Shown: positions 15,831-29,929 of the stretch, piece after piece
How the letters are laid out: every line of letters begins with the position of its first letter
How positions within the stretch are numbered: the first letter of the stretch is position 1
Assembly (NCBI RefSeq): GCF_009914755.1
Contig: NC_060948.1
Length of the DNA: 64,000 bases
Direction: 5' to 3' (one strand)
DNA from: the human T2T-CHM13v2.0 reference genome, Homo sapiens
Translations under genes and position numbers: made by a program
Notes under the pieces: generated by a model
Seen by the model: only the letters and a program-made list of their open reading frames with translations
Databases searched by the model: none
Told to the model about the DNA's origin: nothing

Positions 15831-18800
15831 GATCTCCGCAGAATGGAGCTGAGTTCCAGTCAATATTCCCACTGATTGACTACAGTAACCTCAGACACTG
15901 AATAAAGATCAGAGGGCAGACCATGGAAGTTACAGGCCTTGAGTGCATCCAGTGCTCAACTGTGTGATACAGGTGCAACCTGGCACTGAGTCGACTTTGT
16001 CAGTCAAATTACTCCAGCCATGAAAGTCTGCTCATTAATGTTTCCCCTCGTGCTACCAGGGCTGAAGCTATCATAGGCTAAAATACCTTAATTTCCTCCT
16101 CCTTGCCCTGAATCTCCGGACAGCCTTACTGTGGAAGAAAGCTTCCAAACAAAGGCAAACTACAAACACTGCATTAGGCACCTACATCACTGCACAGACA
16201 TTGATGCATAGTCACAAGCATTAGGATCAATGAGAGAAACATGACGGCATCAAGTGGTCAAAATAAAGTGCTGGTGGTGACTGACCCAAAAGAGATGGGC
16301 ATGGACACAAGGCCTGACAAGGAATTCAAAATACTTGTTTGAAGACAATGCAGTGGACTTCAGCAAAACACAAAGAATTCTGAAATTTATCAGAGAAGCT
16401 TACAGAAGAGATTAAAATACGGGAGGAAAAAACAAACAGAAATCTTGAAGAATAAAACACAACAAAATAAAAAATGCAATTGACAGCAGTGACAATAGAA
16501 GTGGTCAAGCAGCAAAACTCAAAGGGAGGTCAATTCAAAATATACAGTTAGAGGAGAAAACATAAATAAGATTCATGAGATTAATGGGATAACATCCAAA
16601 GAGCCAATGTGTCAGACACTGGCATTCAAGAGTGTGGTAGAGCCGGGTGTGATGGCCCATGCCTGTATCTTCAGCACTTTGCGGGGCCAAGGCGGGTGGA
16701 TCATATGTTGTCAGGAGCTTGAGAGTAGCCCGGACAATATGGTGAAATGGTTTATCTATTATAATACAAAAATTAGCCGGGTGTATTGGTGGACATCTGC
16801 GATCCCAGCTACTCAGAAACCTGAGTCAGGAGAATCACTGGAACTCAGGAGAATCACTGGAAACCAGGAAGTGGATGCTGCAGTGAGCCACAATCACACC
16901 ATTGCACTCCAACCTGCGAGACAAGAGCAAACCTCCATCTCAAAAAAAAAAAGTGTAAGAAAAGAGTAGAAAGCTTATTTGGATAAATAATAACAGAAGC
17001 CTTTTCAAACTTAAATAAAATATAAATATTCTGCTATAGGAATCTTGAAGGCTTACAATCACATTCAATTTCAATAAACATATCCCTGTGACTTAATATA
17101 ATCAAACCACCAAACATCAGAAACAAAGAGAGGATACAGAATTAAGCAGCAGAAAAAAAATAACATATTATAACGGGAATACATCCATACAAATAATATA
17201 TGCATATATATAATACAAATGTTAATAGATCCAAAGGAAGAAAAAAATGCAAGATAATATTAGAAAAATTCAGCACCTTACTTTCAGCAATGAATAGATA
17301 ATGCAGACAGAATTTAACAAGTAAACATTGGATGAAAATGCCATGTAGTGAAAATGCTAAAAACAGTTACTGAACTATCCATCCAAGAGCTATAGAATAA
17401 ACATTCTTCTCCACTGCATACATGAGATATCTTTCAGGATATGTCATACATTAGGTAAAAAATCACATCTTAATGAATTTGGAAAGATCAAACTCACATA
17501 AAGTATCTCTTCTGAAATCACTAATTCATAAGTACATCAAAATTAAACAACATGCTCCTGAATAACCAATGAGTCAGTGAGGACATTAAAGAGAAAACAC
17601 CATATTTCTTGAGACAAAAATAGAAACACAACACACCAAAACCTATGAGATTCAACCAAAGCAGTTTTAAGAGGGAAGTTATGACAATAAATGCCTTCAA
17701 CTATGAGAAGATATCAGATATACAACTTGATGTTTCAATGAAGGAATTAGAAAAACATAAATCTAAACTCAAAAGTAAAAACAAAAAACAAAAACAAAAA
17801 ACAACAAAAGAAAACAAAGCCCCTGATAAAGGAAATCAGAGCCATAAAAGAGATACCATAACTGATACCCAGAAACAAATTAATGGTAAGAAATCAAATC
17901 AGCAATAAAAGATCACCTATTAAAGAAAAGCCCAGGACCTGATGTATTCACTCTTGCATTCTACCTACCACAAAAAATAAACTGCTGCCAATTTTTTTTA
18001 ACCTAGTCAAAACATAACACAAAAAGGAAGATATGGGAACTGTTCCAACTCATTCCATTGGGATGGCATTATTCTGATTACAAAACCAGACAAGGATACA
18101 AGAAAAAAGAGAGAACTATGGGCCAAAATATCTGATAAACATAATGTAAAAATCCTCAATAAAATACTGGGAAAATGACTTATAATGCCCATTTAGAAAA
18201 TCATTCACCGTGATCAAGTGAGATTATAGGGATGCAGGAATGGTTTAATACACTAGAATCATTAAATGTCATACATTATATCAACAAAATAAAGAACAAA
18301 ATCTATGCAGTCATTTCAATAAGTGAAAAAAGTTTTGACAAAATTCAACAGTTTCACAATAAAATCTCTTAACAAATTATGCGTGGAACAACCGTAACTC
18401 AACACAACAAAAGACACAGACCCGAATAACCAGATAACACCACATATACAAGCCCTTAGCTAATATCACACTCAAAGGGAATTAAAAGTTGAAAGCTTTT
18501 CTGTGAAGATCTGAAGGAAGACCAAGATGTTCATTTTCACTACTTCTATTAATGTAATAATAAAAGTCCTTAGCCGGAAAAATTAGACAAGAGAAAGTAA
18601 GAAAAGCTACCCAAATTAGAGAGGAAGAAATAAAATTGTCCATACATGCTAATGACAAACTATGGAAATCCTTAAACACACAACTAAAAAGTAGTTAGAA
18701 CTAATACAGAAGGTCAGTAAAGTTTCAGTTTACAAAATCAACATATAAAATTGGATAGCATTTCCATACACTAACAGCAAAATACCAAAAAAAACAACAA

Positions 18801-19971
18801 CAACAACAAAGATTAAGAACACAATCTCATTCACAATAGGTATGGGGGATAAAAGGGAATAAATTTAACCAAGGAGATTTAAAAAATCTGCATTCTGAAA
18901 TCTATGAAACACTAATAAAATGTTAAAATGACATAAATGAGTGGAAAGATATTTATGTTCATTGATTGGAAAAAGTAATATGGTTAAAATGTTTATATGA
19001 TCCAAAGAAGTGCACAAGTTGAGTGCAGTCTCTATCAAAACACCAATGGCATTTTTCACAGAAATTGAAAAAAATCCTAAATAAATATGAAACCACAAAA
19101 ATAAAACCATGAATAGCCAAAGCCATCCTGAAGATGTCAATGGGGTTAGGGATTGAATCCACAGAACTGGGCATGCCACAATGCTATAAACCAATACAAC
19201 AGAACACAGTGAGCAAAAATAAATCTACACCTGTATAGCCAACTGATATTCTGCAGAGGTGGCAAGAAAACCAAATGAGGAAATGTCAGTCTCTTCAATA
19301 AGTGGTGCTGGGAAAACAAGAGAGCTACATGCAGAAGGACCTAATTACAACCCTATCTCTCACTGAATACAAAAATTAACTCAAATGGATTAAAAAGCCC
19401 GGTACAGTGATGTGCCCCTATAATTTTAGCTACTCAGGGGTCCCAGAAGGGAGGATCACCTGAGCCTAGCTGTTCAAAGCTATAGCGTGAAACACTTATG
19501 CCACTGCACTCTACACTAGGTAATATTGTGAGACCTCACCTATAAGAATACATACTTAAAAACATTTAAAATTAAAGATGTAATGACAACAGCAATCTGT
19601 CAAACTAGTAGAATAAATCACAAAATATATTTAATGACCTTGGTCTGGGCAAGAATATTTTTGGATAAGACTTCAAAAACACAAGCAAAAAAAATGCACA
19701 AACAGAAAAATAAGGTTACATCATACTAGAAAAATTCCTTACAGCAAAAAATAAAAATAAAATAAAATAAATCACCAGACTAATGTAATGAGAGCAAATA
19801 TTTGCCAACTGTATATCAGACAAGGGGTTAATCAAAATGTACAAGGAACTAAAAACAGATTCAAAAGAACAAGAAAATAATAACCCAATTAAAAATAAGT
19901 ATCTTCTGTTTCCCAAAGAATGTATATACACAGCTAACAGGTGTGTGTGTATGTGTGTGTGTGTGGCTGTG

Positions 19972-20002
<31 letters not shown>

Positions 20003-20040
20003 TATACATAAATATCTCAACATTTCTCATCATCACAGAA
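15830..20040 (+). mobile_element. Old L1 (L1MA/L1PB-type) with internal deletions, 3' end missing; contains Alu 16642-16953 and FLAM 19397-19545
   Basis: ORF1-like (tgacaaggaattcaaaatac), EN-like and RT-like segments (aaagcccaggacctgatg, aaaccagacaaggatac, aagtggtgctgggaaaac, atcagacaaggggttaat). Confidence 0.85.
19940..20002. repeat. Compound (TG)n(TA)n(CA)n microsatellite
   Basis: gtgtgtgtgt...gtatatatacacacacac seen directly. Confidence 0.9.
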
Positions 20041-20041
20041 T

Positions 20042-20262
20042 TGCAACCTCTACCTTCCAGGTTCAAGTGATTCTACTGCCTCAACCTCCTAAGTAGCTGG
20101 GATTACAGGCGTGTGCCACCACACCCAGCTACTTTTGTATTTGTAGTAGGGGTGGTTTCACCATGTCCTCTAAGCTTGCCTCGAACTGCCATCTTCAGGT
20201 GATCTGTATGCCTTGGCCTTTAAAAGTGCTGGGATTAGAGGTGTGAGCCACCATCCTCAGCC
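20042..20262 (-). mobile_element. Alu, lacking its 3' end and tail
   Basis: tgcaacctctaccttccaggttcaagtgattc...gtgtgagccacc. Confidence 0.88.
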
Positions 20263-20264
20263 TA

Positions 20265-20627
<363 letters not shown>

Positions 20628-21622
20628 CTAGATGTGTTTCTACTACACGGAGATTTATTGGTTCTAATATTTTCAGGTGTTTTATTTATTTGTTGAGTTT
20701 TCTGGCTAATGTATTGTTCATTTTTTGTTGTTTCTGCCTAAGTCCTTTTCTTTCAGGAGATTCAGTCAATTAAACTTAAATTATCTCCAGAGTATGGCCC
20801 AAAATCACTTCATGCATTATAACTGGTATTAATTCTTTGGCTTTGCAGGAGTATTTATTGCCCTGCTAGTGCCACCAACTGCCCTCGCTATTACTAATTT
20901 TTATTTGCATAGAAGATTAAATCGTGAGATTGCACATTTTTGCATGTGTTTATAAACTTCTGCACTTACCTTTTAAAGAAAGGTAACACTTATCCCCAGT
21001 GACTCCTAATTCTATAAAATGTATATTTTTTATATATTTTACTATCTTGGAAGTCTAAATGCAGATCTGAATGAAATTAGTTCTTACAAAATTTACAGTA
21101 CTCGTGAAAATCAGTATAGTAACAGACAAGTCATATGGAAATGAATTGTTTAGCTACATTTTGATATTCCAAGTCACAGCTCCAAATTTAAGGATGAGTA
21201 GAAAATCTACCACTAACATGTTAAATCACATGAGTTGACAAATAAAACTTATGAGATTATTTTTGAGCCATACTTTCTTCTGTCTCACTCTACCCTCATT
21301 CCTTAATTTAAGGTTATATTCATATCCCTCATTGCTATTTAGAATGCCCATTAGGCTGAATGAGAATAATATTAAAAGGAGCAGAAAAAAACCACTAACT
21401 AAATTCCATTTTCATTTTTTTTTTTAAAAGCTATCATTATCTTATGACTGATAAAAATTGAATAGGAAAATTTTCAGAATTGTGAAAACTAAATAAAACT
21501 AAACAGGGATGTATTTCAGTTAGAGGAACAATGATTATCCCATCCTTAATCTTGTTAGGGAACTATTTGTATTCTATTTACTTGTTGGAAACAGAATGAG
21601 AGACATTTGTGTCGTCACTTAC

Positions 21623-21975
<353 letters not shown>

Positions 21976-23399
21976 TCAAACTCTTCTTGTCAGTGAATCC
22001 AGTATAGTTCTGTATCAAATCCAAACAGAAGAAAACAAGATTCTGTATAATTCACTATTCATGGAAAATGTAAAAAGGTAAGTATGGATCACTAATCACA
22101 ATAAAACATATATATCTGGTTTAGGAAATATTGAACCACCACTTGACATATGCAGTCAATTAAAGCATTTGACATAATTTAGTCAATATGTCAAATAACT
22201 TGACATATTATTTCTTCAGCAAACAATGTTTCAAGGAAATAGACAATAAAACTTCTATGATGCCTTAACTACCTCTTAACACCAAGATGATACTCCTGTC
22301 TTCAAGTAGTAAGAAGAAAGGGATATATTTCTCATAAGTTTTCTTTTGGTGCTCTACAGTCAATGTCTGCTGCTGACATTGACTAAAACAAAATGGCACA
22401 AGGTCTAAGCCAAGTCCAACCATGATGACACTAAGAAAACTATCTAGCAGATATTTCTGATTTGGAAAGGAATACAAAACAGTGAGCCCTTTAAGTTCCA
22501 CTTATTGTTAGATGTTGGTCATTTTGCATTTAAAATACTGTTTCTTGGCGTGATGCTATGAAGTTATTAATCAAGTAAAGTTTCAATATAAATAGAATGG
22601 AAATCCAGACTTTGCATGGTTATAGAAGATGTAAATTCTATTTTGTTGGGGGGTATGAAATAGCTCATATTAGGTTCTTTCTAGACAAACTGTCAGAGAA
22701 ATTAATGATATATTGTGAAGGTCAATTAGTCATTATGGGTGGGAAGCAATCAATATTCAACAAAAATGGCTAAAAAGGAAGATAAAAGGCAACAGTACTT
22801 TTAAATCCAGTAAATATTGGAAAGGAATTTAGACAGCTTTTCTGAATAAAAATTCTGTTAATATAATAAAAAGGCATGAAATGTGTAAGAATATAATGCA
22901 AATTATCAGAGAGAGAACATAATATTTCCCAAGAAGATGTTGGTCATTTGTTAAAATATATCAATGGGAAAAATAGAAGTAGCAGTTTAAAAAAGTGGGA
23001 GGGAAGAATCAAGAAGTTACCTATTTTGTTTTTATTTGATAATATGTTCATTTCCTGAACTTTCTTTGCATTGCTTTTATTCTCATAACTTATCATAAAC
23101 ATCCTTTCCTCCAATTTGTTAAGTTTTATACTGTACAGTATTAAATTCCTCAACTTCTGTTGTTTGTTATTCTGATCTAAATCACACCTTTATCTATATG
23201 CACGTATTTATTCAAAGACAAAACCTTTATCACGTTTTAAAATACATCCTCCTGGACCCAACCCATCAATGTGATTGATCTTTTCCTCTTTCGTGTAATT
23301 TCTTTTGTTCTCTTCTTCACTGCCCTGATTTCCTTATCACACATATATAAAAACTCCATATTTTATGATCCACAACAGAAACTGTCTCTTTTGGTACTG

Positions 23400-24540
23400 A
23401 CATTTTTCTCTGCTTTTAATATCAACAGAGAATTTCTATTAGTGATTTTCTTTCCATCAGTTCATATACTGTCTCAGGTTTTATCCCACAACAAGGAAGT
23501 CACAGTCCTTTCTCAAAGGCCATCGGTGACACCCTAATTGCTAAATTTAAAATGTTACATTGAATTTCAGGTGAGTATTTTTTCCATTGGTAATATGCTC
23601 TCATTTGAAAATTCCACTTACCTTACCAGTCAGGCACTCATCCCCAACAGTCTACCAAATATACTATACTTAAAATAATCACCTTTTTTTGGCCAAATAT
23701 TTATATATATATATATATTAATTTTAATTTCTTGTCTTTGGTTTTTTTTTTGTTTGTTTACTGAGACAGGGTCTGCCTCTGTTGTCCAAGCTGGAGTGCA
23801 GTGGTGCAATCAAGAACTCACTGCAGCTTCAAACTCCCATGCTCAAGTGATCTTTGCACATCAGCCTCCTGGGCGACTTTGACTACAGGCCACCCAGACT
23901 AGCTAATTTTGGTAGAAACAGGGTCTCTCCCATGTATCCTAGGCTGGACTTGAGTTTCTAGGACCAATCCATCTGCCTGCCTCAGGCTTCCAAAGTGCTA
24001 GCATTGGAGGTGCAAGCCACCAGGCCTGACCAAATATAAGTTACTTCTTAGACACCCTCTTCCTTGAACAATTCCTGATGAATTTGCTCCCAATCTCCCA
24101 GTTATCTCTGCCTGTATGATGGATTTCTGAATGGTACTATGAGTCCCACATGGTTGTCTCCAGCCAGTCTCTTACCAAACCCAAATCATATATGACTCTA
24201 TTGCACATATTCATGTTTAACAGGCAATTTGATCTCAAGGCTATACACTGAATTCTGATGTTCCTTCCAAACAACTTCCCTCCCCCAAGTGTTTCCCATT
24301 TCACCTGATAGTAATTACATCCTGTTGCAAAGGCCTAAAACTGAAAGGTCATCCTTGATGCTTTTCTTTTCATCTCCTCATTTCTATTAGTCCTCAAATT
24401 CTTCATGTTTTCCTTTTAAAACAGGTCCAGAATCTAACCACTTTTCCCTATTTTTCATGCTGTCATCCAGATACAGGTTATCCACATTTCTCATCTGATT
24501 AGCTCAGCCTCTTTACTGATCTCCTACCTTCCACTATTAC
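23400..24540. mobile_element. L2 fragments, with an Alu (23742-24032, minus) inserted
   Basis: Pyrimidine-rich L2-like motifs (gtcatccttgatgcttttctttcatctc, tccagaatctaaccacttttccc); diverged. Confidence 0.5.
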
Positions 24541-24569
24541 AAGTATTACACTATTACCACTATTACAAC

Positions 24570-24760
24570 TAGGTGAATTATATCTCAGATACTATAAAAT
24601 TAACCATTTTAAAGTACACATTCAGTGATTTTCAGGATATTCTCAATGTTATGCAACCATCACTATTATTTAAATATAGAACGTTGCCCTTACCTTAAAA
24701 AGTAACTCTACCTATGAGCATTCAATACCAGCTTCCCTTTTTCCTAAGCTAAAACCATGG
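24570..24760 (-). mobile_element. L1MB-type 3' end fragment
   Basis: ataaaattaaccattttaaagtacacattcagtgattttcagg...atgcaaccatcactatt. Confidence 0.65.
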
Positions 24761-25065
24761 TCTTTATAATGTAACAAACAACCATATATTATTTTCTTCT
24801 TATTCTCTTTTGCATGTCTTCTTCTACCATCCTCTTTCTTTGCTCAAATCTCCTTTGAGCTTATACTATTCACATGCTTATAAATGAACCCCAAATCCTT
24901 ATCCTTCTTACATAAAAATAAAATCAATAGACGTTGTCACTACTTTCCACTAAAGTGAAAATGTAAGTTCCATCAGTACCTGGATTTTTGTCTTTGGTCA
25001 GGTGAACTGGCATAAACAATACCTGATGTATTCACAGTTAATTTGATCTTTTCTTATTTATTTAT

Positions 25066-25310
25066 TCTTTTTTGGCACGTGAGTGGGGTGTGATTAAATC
25101 TTGCTCTGTTGCTCAACCTGGAGTGGCAGGATCTCAGTTAGCTGCAACTTCTGCCTCTCAGGTTCAAGCAATTCTCCTGAGTCAGCCTCCCGAGTAGCTG
25201 GGACCTCAGGCACCTGCCAGCCCAAACGGAAGTTTTTTGTTGTTGTTGTTGACATTTTTAGTACCGACTGAGTTTTGCCATGTTGGCTCGGCTGGTCTCA
25301 AACTCCTGAA
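25066..25310 (-). mobile_element. Alu (diverged)
   Basis: cttgctctgttgctcaacctggagt...gctggtctcaaactcctga. Confidence 0.85.
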
Positions 25311-25522
25311 TTTGAATGCAATATATTCCATAGACAAGGCAATACTAGTGAGTTTTTAAATTATAAAGCTGTTTTTGTTCATTAATAATAGTTTACTTTG
25401 AAAGTCTATTTTCATTTAGAAAAAGTTAACTCATGTTTTTTTTGTCTGTTTTTGATCAACTAGTTTAAAATTTTGTAGCTATCAGGTACATATGTAAAAT
25501 CATTTATGTCAGACAATATTAA

Positions 25523-25856
<334 letters not shown>

Positions 25857-26766
25857 TAATATATGTATTTCTTAAGTGTTCCCCTATATTTGGTGTTGGT
25901 AACTAAACTGAGTTTTATTGAATCATATGTTTCCTTAGTGTAAAAAGAAGCCAAATTTAATGGTACAAAATGTTTATATTTAAAATGTATTCATGAGAAA
26001 TATTTTAATAAACCAAGCCTTGAAGTTGCTTAACGTTATTCTATTTAAATTCTAAGAGAGGTATGGCTTTAAAAATCATAATGTGAGAAGAGAAATTTTG
26101 AGTGCATTGTATGACTTCTAAATGTCCACCTCTGTCCAACAAAGTAAGTAGTAATGTTCAAATCTTACACGGAACTGAAACTCAGGGTGGGAAGTCATGT
26201 AAGTAAATTAACAAATTATAACAAAATTTAGTTCATTTCAAGAGAAAACTGAGGGCTAAGAATACAATTAGCAACACATTCTCTACAGATCTTTAATTGG
26301 AAAGTGTGAAATTATATTTGTTTATGTTTTTATCTGTATGAGTATATTTTCTAGTGCATTGAAGAAGTTTCTAGTTAAACTCACCACTTAAAAGGTCAGA
26401 TCTTTATTTGTCTTGTGGGATCTATGTAGAAAGAAGAGTTTCCTTTATAAAAACACCTTTTTTGTTAATTTATTTACAGTTGCATTGACACAGTAAATGT
26501 ATATAATCAAAAGATTTTTTTAAACAAACACATTTTTTAAAAAAACAGACAGATATAATGTCATTAAAATATGGACCTAAGGGGTCTGTAGTTAAAAATC
26601 TGTATAGTCACTCAATTTGTTGTTAATATCAAAATTTAAAATACTCCTTCAAAAATGGCTGCATTGATAAATGAGTTGTTGTTAATATTAATTTGTCACT
26701 TGATGGAAAGACAAGTGGACAGAATTATTTTCATACTACAAGCATTATTTTTTCTTCTTATCTCAG

Positions 26767-29372
26767 GTTGTGAGCACTTTTTGAGTGGGAATATCTGCTC
26801 CCTGTTAGATCTCACCCACCAGAAAAACTTGTGGTACTCAAAAATACTGGTACTACTTGTCACATGAATTCTGTGATCCAACAGCCACATATGTATATAT
26901 ATTATATAATATATTATATATAATTATTCTTATATATTATATAATATATATTACATATAATTATTCTTATATATTATATTATATATTATATATAAAATAT
27001 AAAACATATAATATATATTATATAATATAAATTATATATTTTAATATTATTTATTATTTATTATTATTTTAATAATATATTAAAATTAATTATTTTAATA
27101 ACATATTATATATTTATTTTATATTATATTATATATTATATATTACATTATATTTAATATTTATTTTAATTATAAATAATATATATTTATATAATATAAT
27201 ATATATTATTTATATAATACATTATATATTATATATAATATATAATGTAAGAATATACATAATATAATAATATATAATATAAGAATATTATATATAATAT
27301 ATTGTATATAAATATTATATATTTATAATTTATAAATATATAACATTTATAATTTATATATAAATTTTATATAATATATATAAGAATAATTTTATATAAT
27401 ATATTATATATGAATTATATATAATTTATATAGTTTATATATTATATATATAATTTTTATATGTATATAGTTTCCACCAGAAACAGTATTCCTGCAATTG
27501 AATGCATAGGTAAAAATATAGACTATGATTTTTCAAACATGAGAAGCAGAACAGTTAGGTAAATTCTAATTATTCATTATTATTACTTTGAAGATTCTGA
27601 TAGCAGCTACTGTTTTTCTCTCAGAAATTAGTGTACTTTAAAAGAATTATGCAGGAAGTTCTTCTTCATAATATGGCTGAAATCTCTGAGTTACTGTGAC
27701 TGACATATTTATGTTATCTGTTTCATAAGCTGTGCTTTTTTTAAAATTCTCTATGTATTTTTCTCAAATGAGAGCTTTTTCTGCTAAAGAAACAAATTTC
27801 TTTTTCAAATTACGTTATGTGAACTTGTAAAAAAAATTAGTTAAGAACTATCATCAAACTGCCTATGGAAAGTATTCATTTGAAAATAAAGTGGTAAAAA
27901 AGTTATATCATATTTGTAGGTCACCTATTTAGGATAAACCTCCAAATAAGAGAATATGGGATGCTTAAATTTTGGTAATGTTTATACTCAAGCTCTTTAT
28001 TATTATTATTTTTTTTTTTTTACTTTTCTGTATAGATATTGATAGAAACTAAATTTAAAAATTAGAATATTTTAACTGTAGTAAATGATTCTCCTAGAAT
28101 TTCTTCATTTTTTTTCCTTTCAGTGGGCAGAAATAGTTTGTCTTTCAGCTACTAGTTTCTCAGCACTTATCATTTATAGGATTACAAAACACACACTTTC
28201 TTTCTCTTTCCTAGATTCAGTAAATTATGTCATCCAAACATCGCGGTCACGGTAGCTTTACTTTTAGTAGAGTCTTCATATGGGATGTTCACCAATACTT
28301 GGTTAACAGCCACTATTGGAAGAAAAATTGTAATGTAAGTTCTGGTACTATAGCCCATATGACCCCTAGGGTGTTGAATTTAACACATATAGAGATGGTT
28401 AATCACACCAGTAAGAAGCAAATGAAACAGACAGAATATAAAATTGCAAATTAGGTATCTTACCTTTGTACTTGGTTGCTTGTGCTTTATGTTGTCTCGG
28501 CAATGTACTGAGGCATGTATATCTGCCTTGTTTCTTTTTCTGTGCAATCAGCTTCTCCAGGGCAGGAAGTGGGTATTCTTTCTTTCTTTGTCACAACCCT
28601 AAGACACGATTAAAAGCATACAGAAATGTCTTAGATACTTGTAAACAAACTGTATTTTGCTTTATGGCTACAACCATGTTTTGACTTTTGGAGCTTCTGT
28701 CTATGCTCCTCTTTCTTCCACAACTATGGTTAATAGGTATATTTATTGAGTGTTAATAATTCTGATTTAATCATGTAAATAATCTTATGTAATTCAGAAA
28801 ATGCATTATTCTCAAAAGAAGATACTGAAGCCTAGAAAGACTAAGTAACTTATTCCCCAAAATGTACTTATTTCCCCAAAGTTACTCATGGCAGAGGACT
28901 CACTTGTCTTTACTCCTGCCTACTTGACCAAACTTTACCATATTACATCCAGTGTATATTATTATTTTATTACTCTTTTATAATAACTTTTCTGTGAACT
29001 CAGTTATAATACCCCATGTTTGAAATAAGCAATAATCACAAAAATTAAAAAGAAATTAACTACTTTGAAAATTAGGAGTATAAACGGTATATCCTTTTAT
29101 TAAATAACTTTTGGTATTTGTTGTAACTTCTTTCTTCGTATTTATAAAGTTAAATTTGTGCATTGCTGATTTCTTTTGGTCTTTAATGTTGGTACCCAAC
29201 ATAATTTACTAGAATATTTTTATTAATTTGAAGACAAACCAAAGTTAAATAACACAGGAGATAGAAAAGAGTACAATATTCATGTCCTAAGACAGCTTCA
29301 AGACATCTTTGTTCATTTAGCTGTTTCCAAACTACAGTCCTATGTACTGAAGGAATTTTGGTAACAGTTAAG
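26767..29372 (+). pseudogene. USP9X/USP9Y-derived unprocessed pseudogene fragment, two catalytic-domain exons (26767-27558 split by an AT repeat; ~29182-29372)
   Basis: [37 protein letters not shown] (cf. [37 protein letters not shown]), then STRNSIPAIECIG...EKQ|GT; next exon [48 protein letters not shown]|GT. A USP9YP family member. Confidence 0.92.
26894..27470. repeat. ~580 bp AT-rich low-complexity (TA-based) repeat
   Basis: Nearly pure A/T tract seen directly. Confidence 0.97.
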
Positions 29373-29459
29373 GTAAATTTTAAGCAAGTCATTATTTCAG
29401 TTTTATAAAAACCTCAATACATTAACTAAACATTACTCAGAAAAGGGCTTCATATAAGG

Positions 29460-29905
29460 GACATTATGTTAAGTGAAATTAGCCAGGAAATATAAAGGAC
29501 AAGGATTGCATGTTTTTATTCATACGTGAGAAATAACAAAGTTGATCTCATGGACGTAGAGAATAGAATGACGGATTATTATAGGCTGTGAAAGATATTG
29601 AGCGAACAAATAAGTAAGTTAGTTAATGGGTAAAAAATACAGTTAGAAGGAATGAGTCCTAAAGTTTGATTGTATAGGAGGGAGAATATAGGTATGAATA
29701 ATTTATTATGGATTTCAAAATAACTAGAAGTTTGGATGTGGAAAGCTGTTTAAACAATTATGTCATGTATGTCTGAAATTACTAATACAGAAATTACCAA
29801 TAGGGCATTTAAAAATTTGGTCATTACTCATTGTGTGCATGTATAAAAATAATAGTTCTACTTTGTAAATATGTAAAATTATAATTCATCAATTTGAAAA
29901 ACAAT
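29460..29905 (+). mobile_element. L1MA-type 3' end
   Basis: acattatgttaagtgaaattagccagg...gttgatctcatggacgtagagaatagaatg. Confidence 0.8.
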
Positions 29906-29929
29906 AAATTGTGGTCTATTTAAATAAGA

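Noticed and set aside
19940-20002. (TG)n...(CA)n fold-back potential
   Set aside because: Common compound microsatellite inside an L1; nothing beyond ordinary slippage.
28215-28335. Exon-like segment with polypyrimidine tract, AG and downstream GT in the USP9 intron
   Set aside because: No recognisable homology in translation; chance splice-like signals are common.
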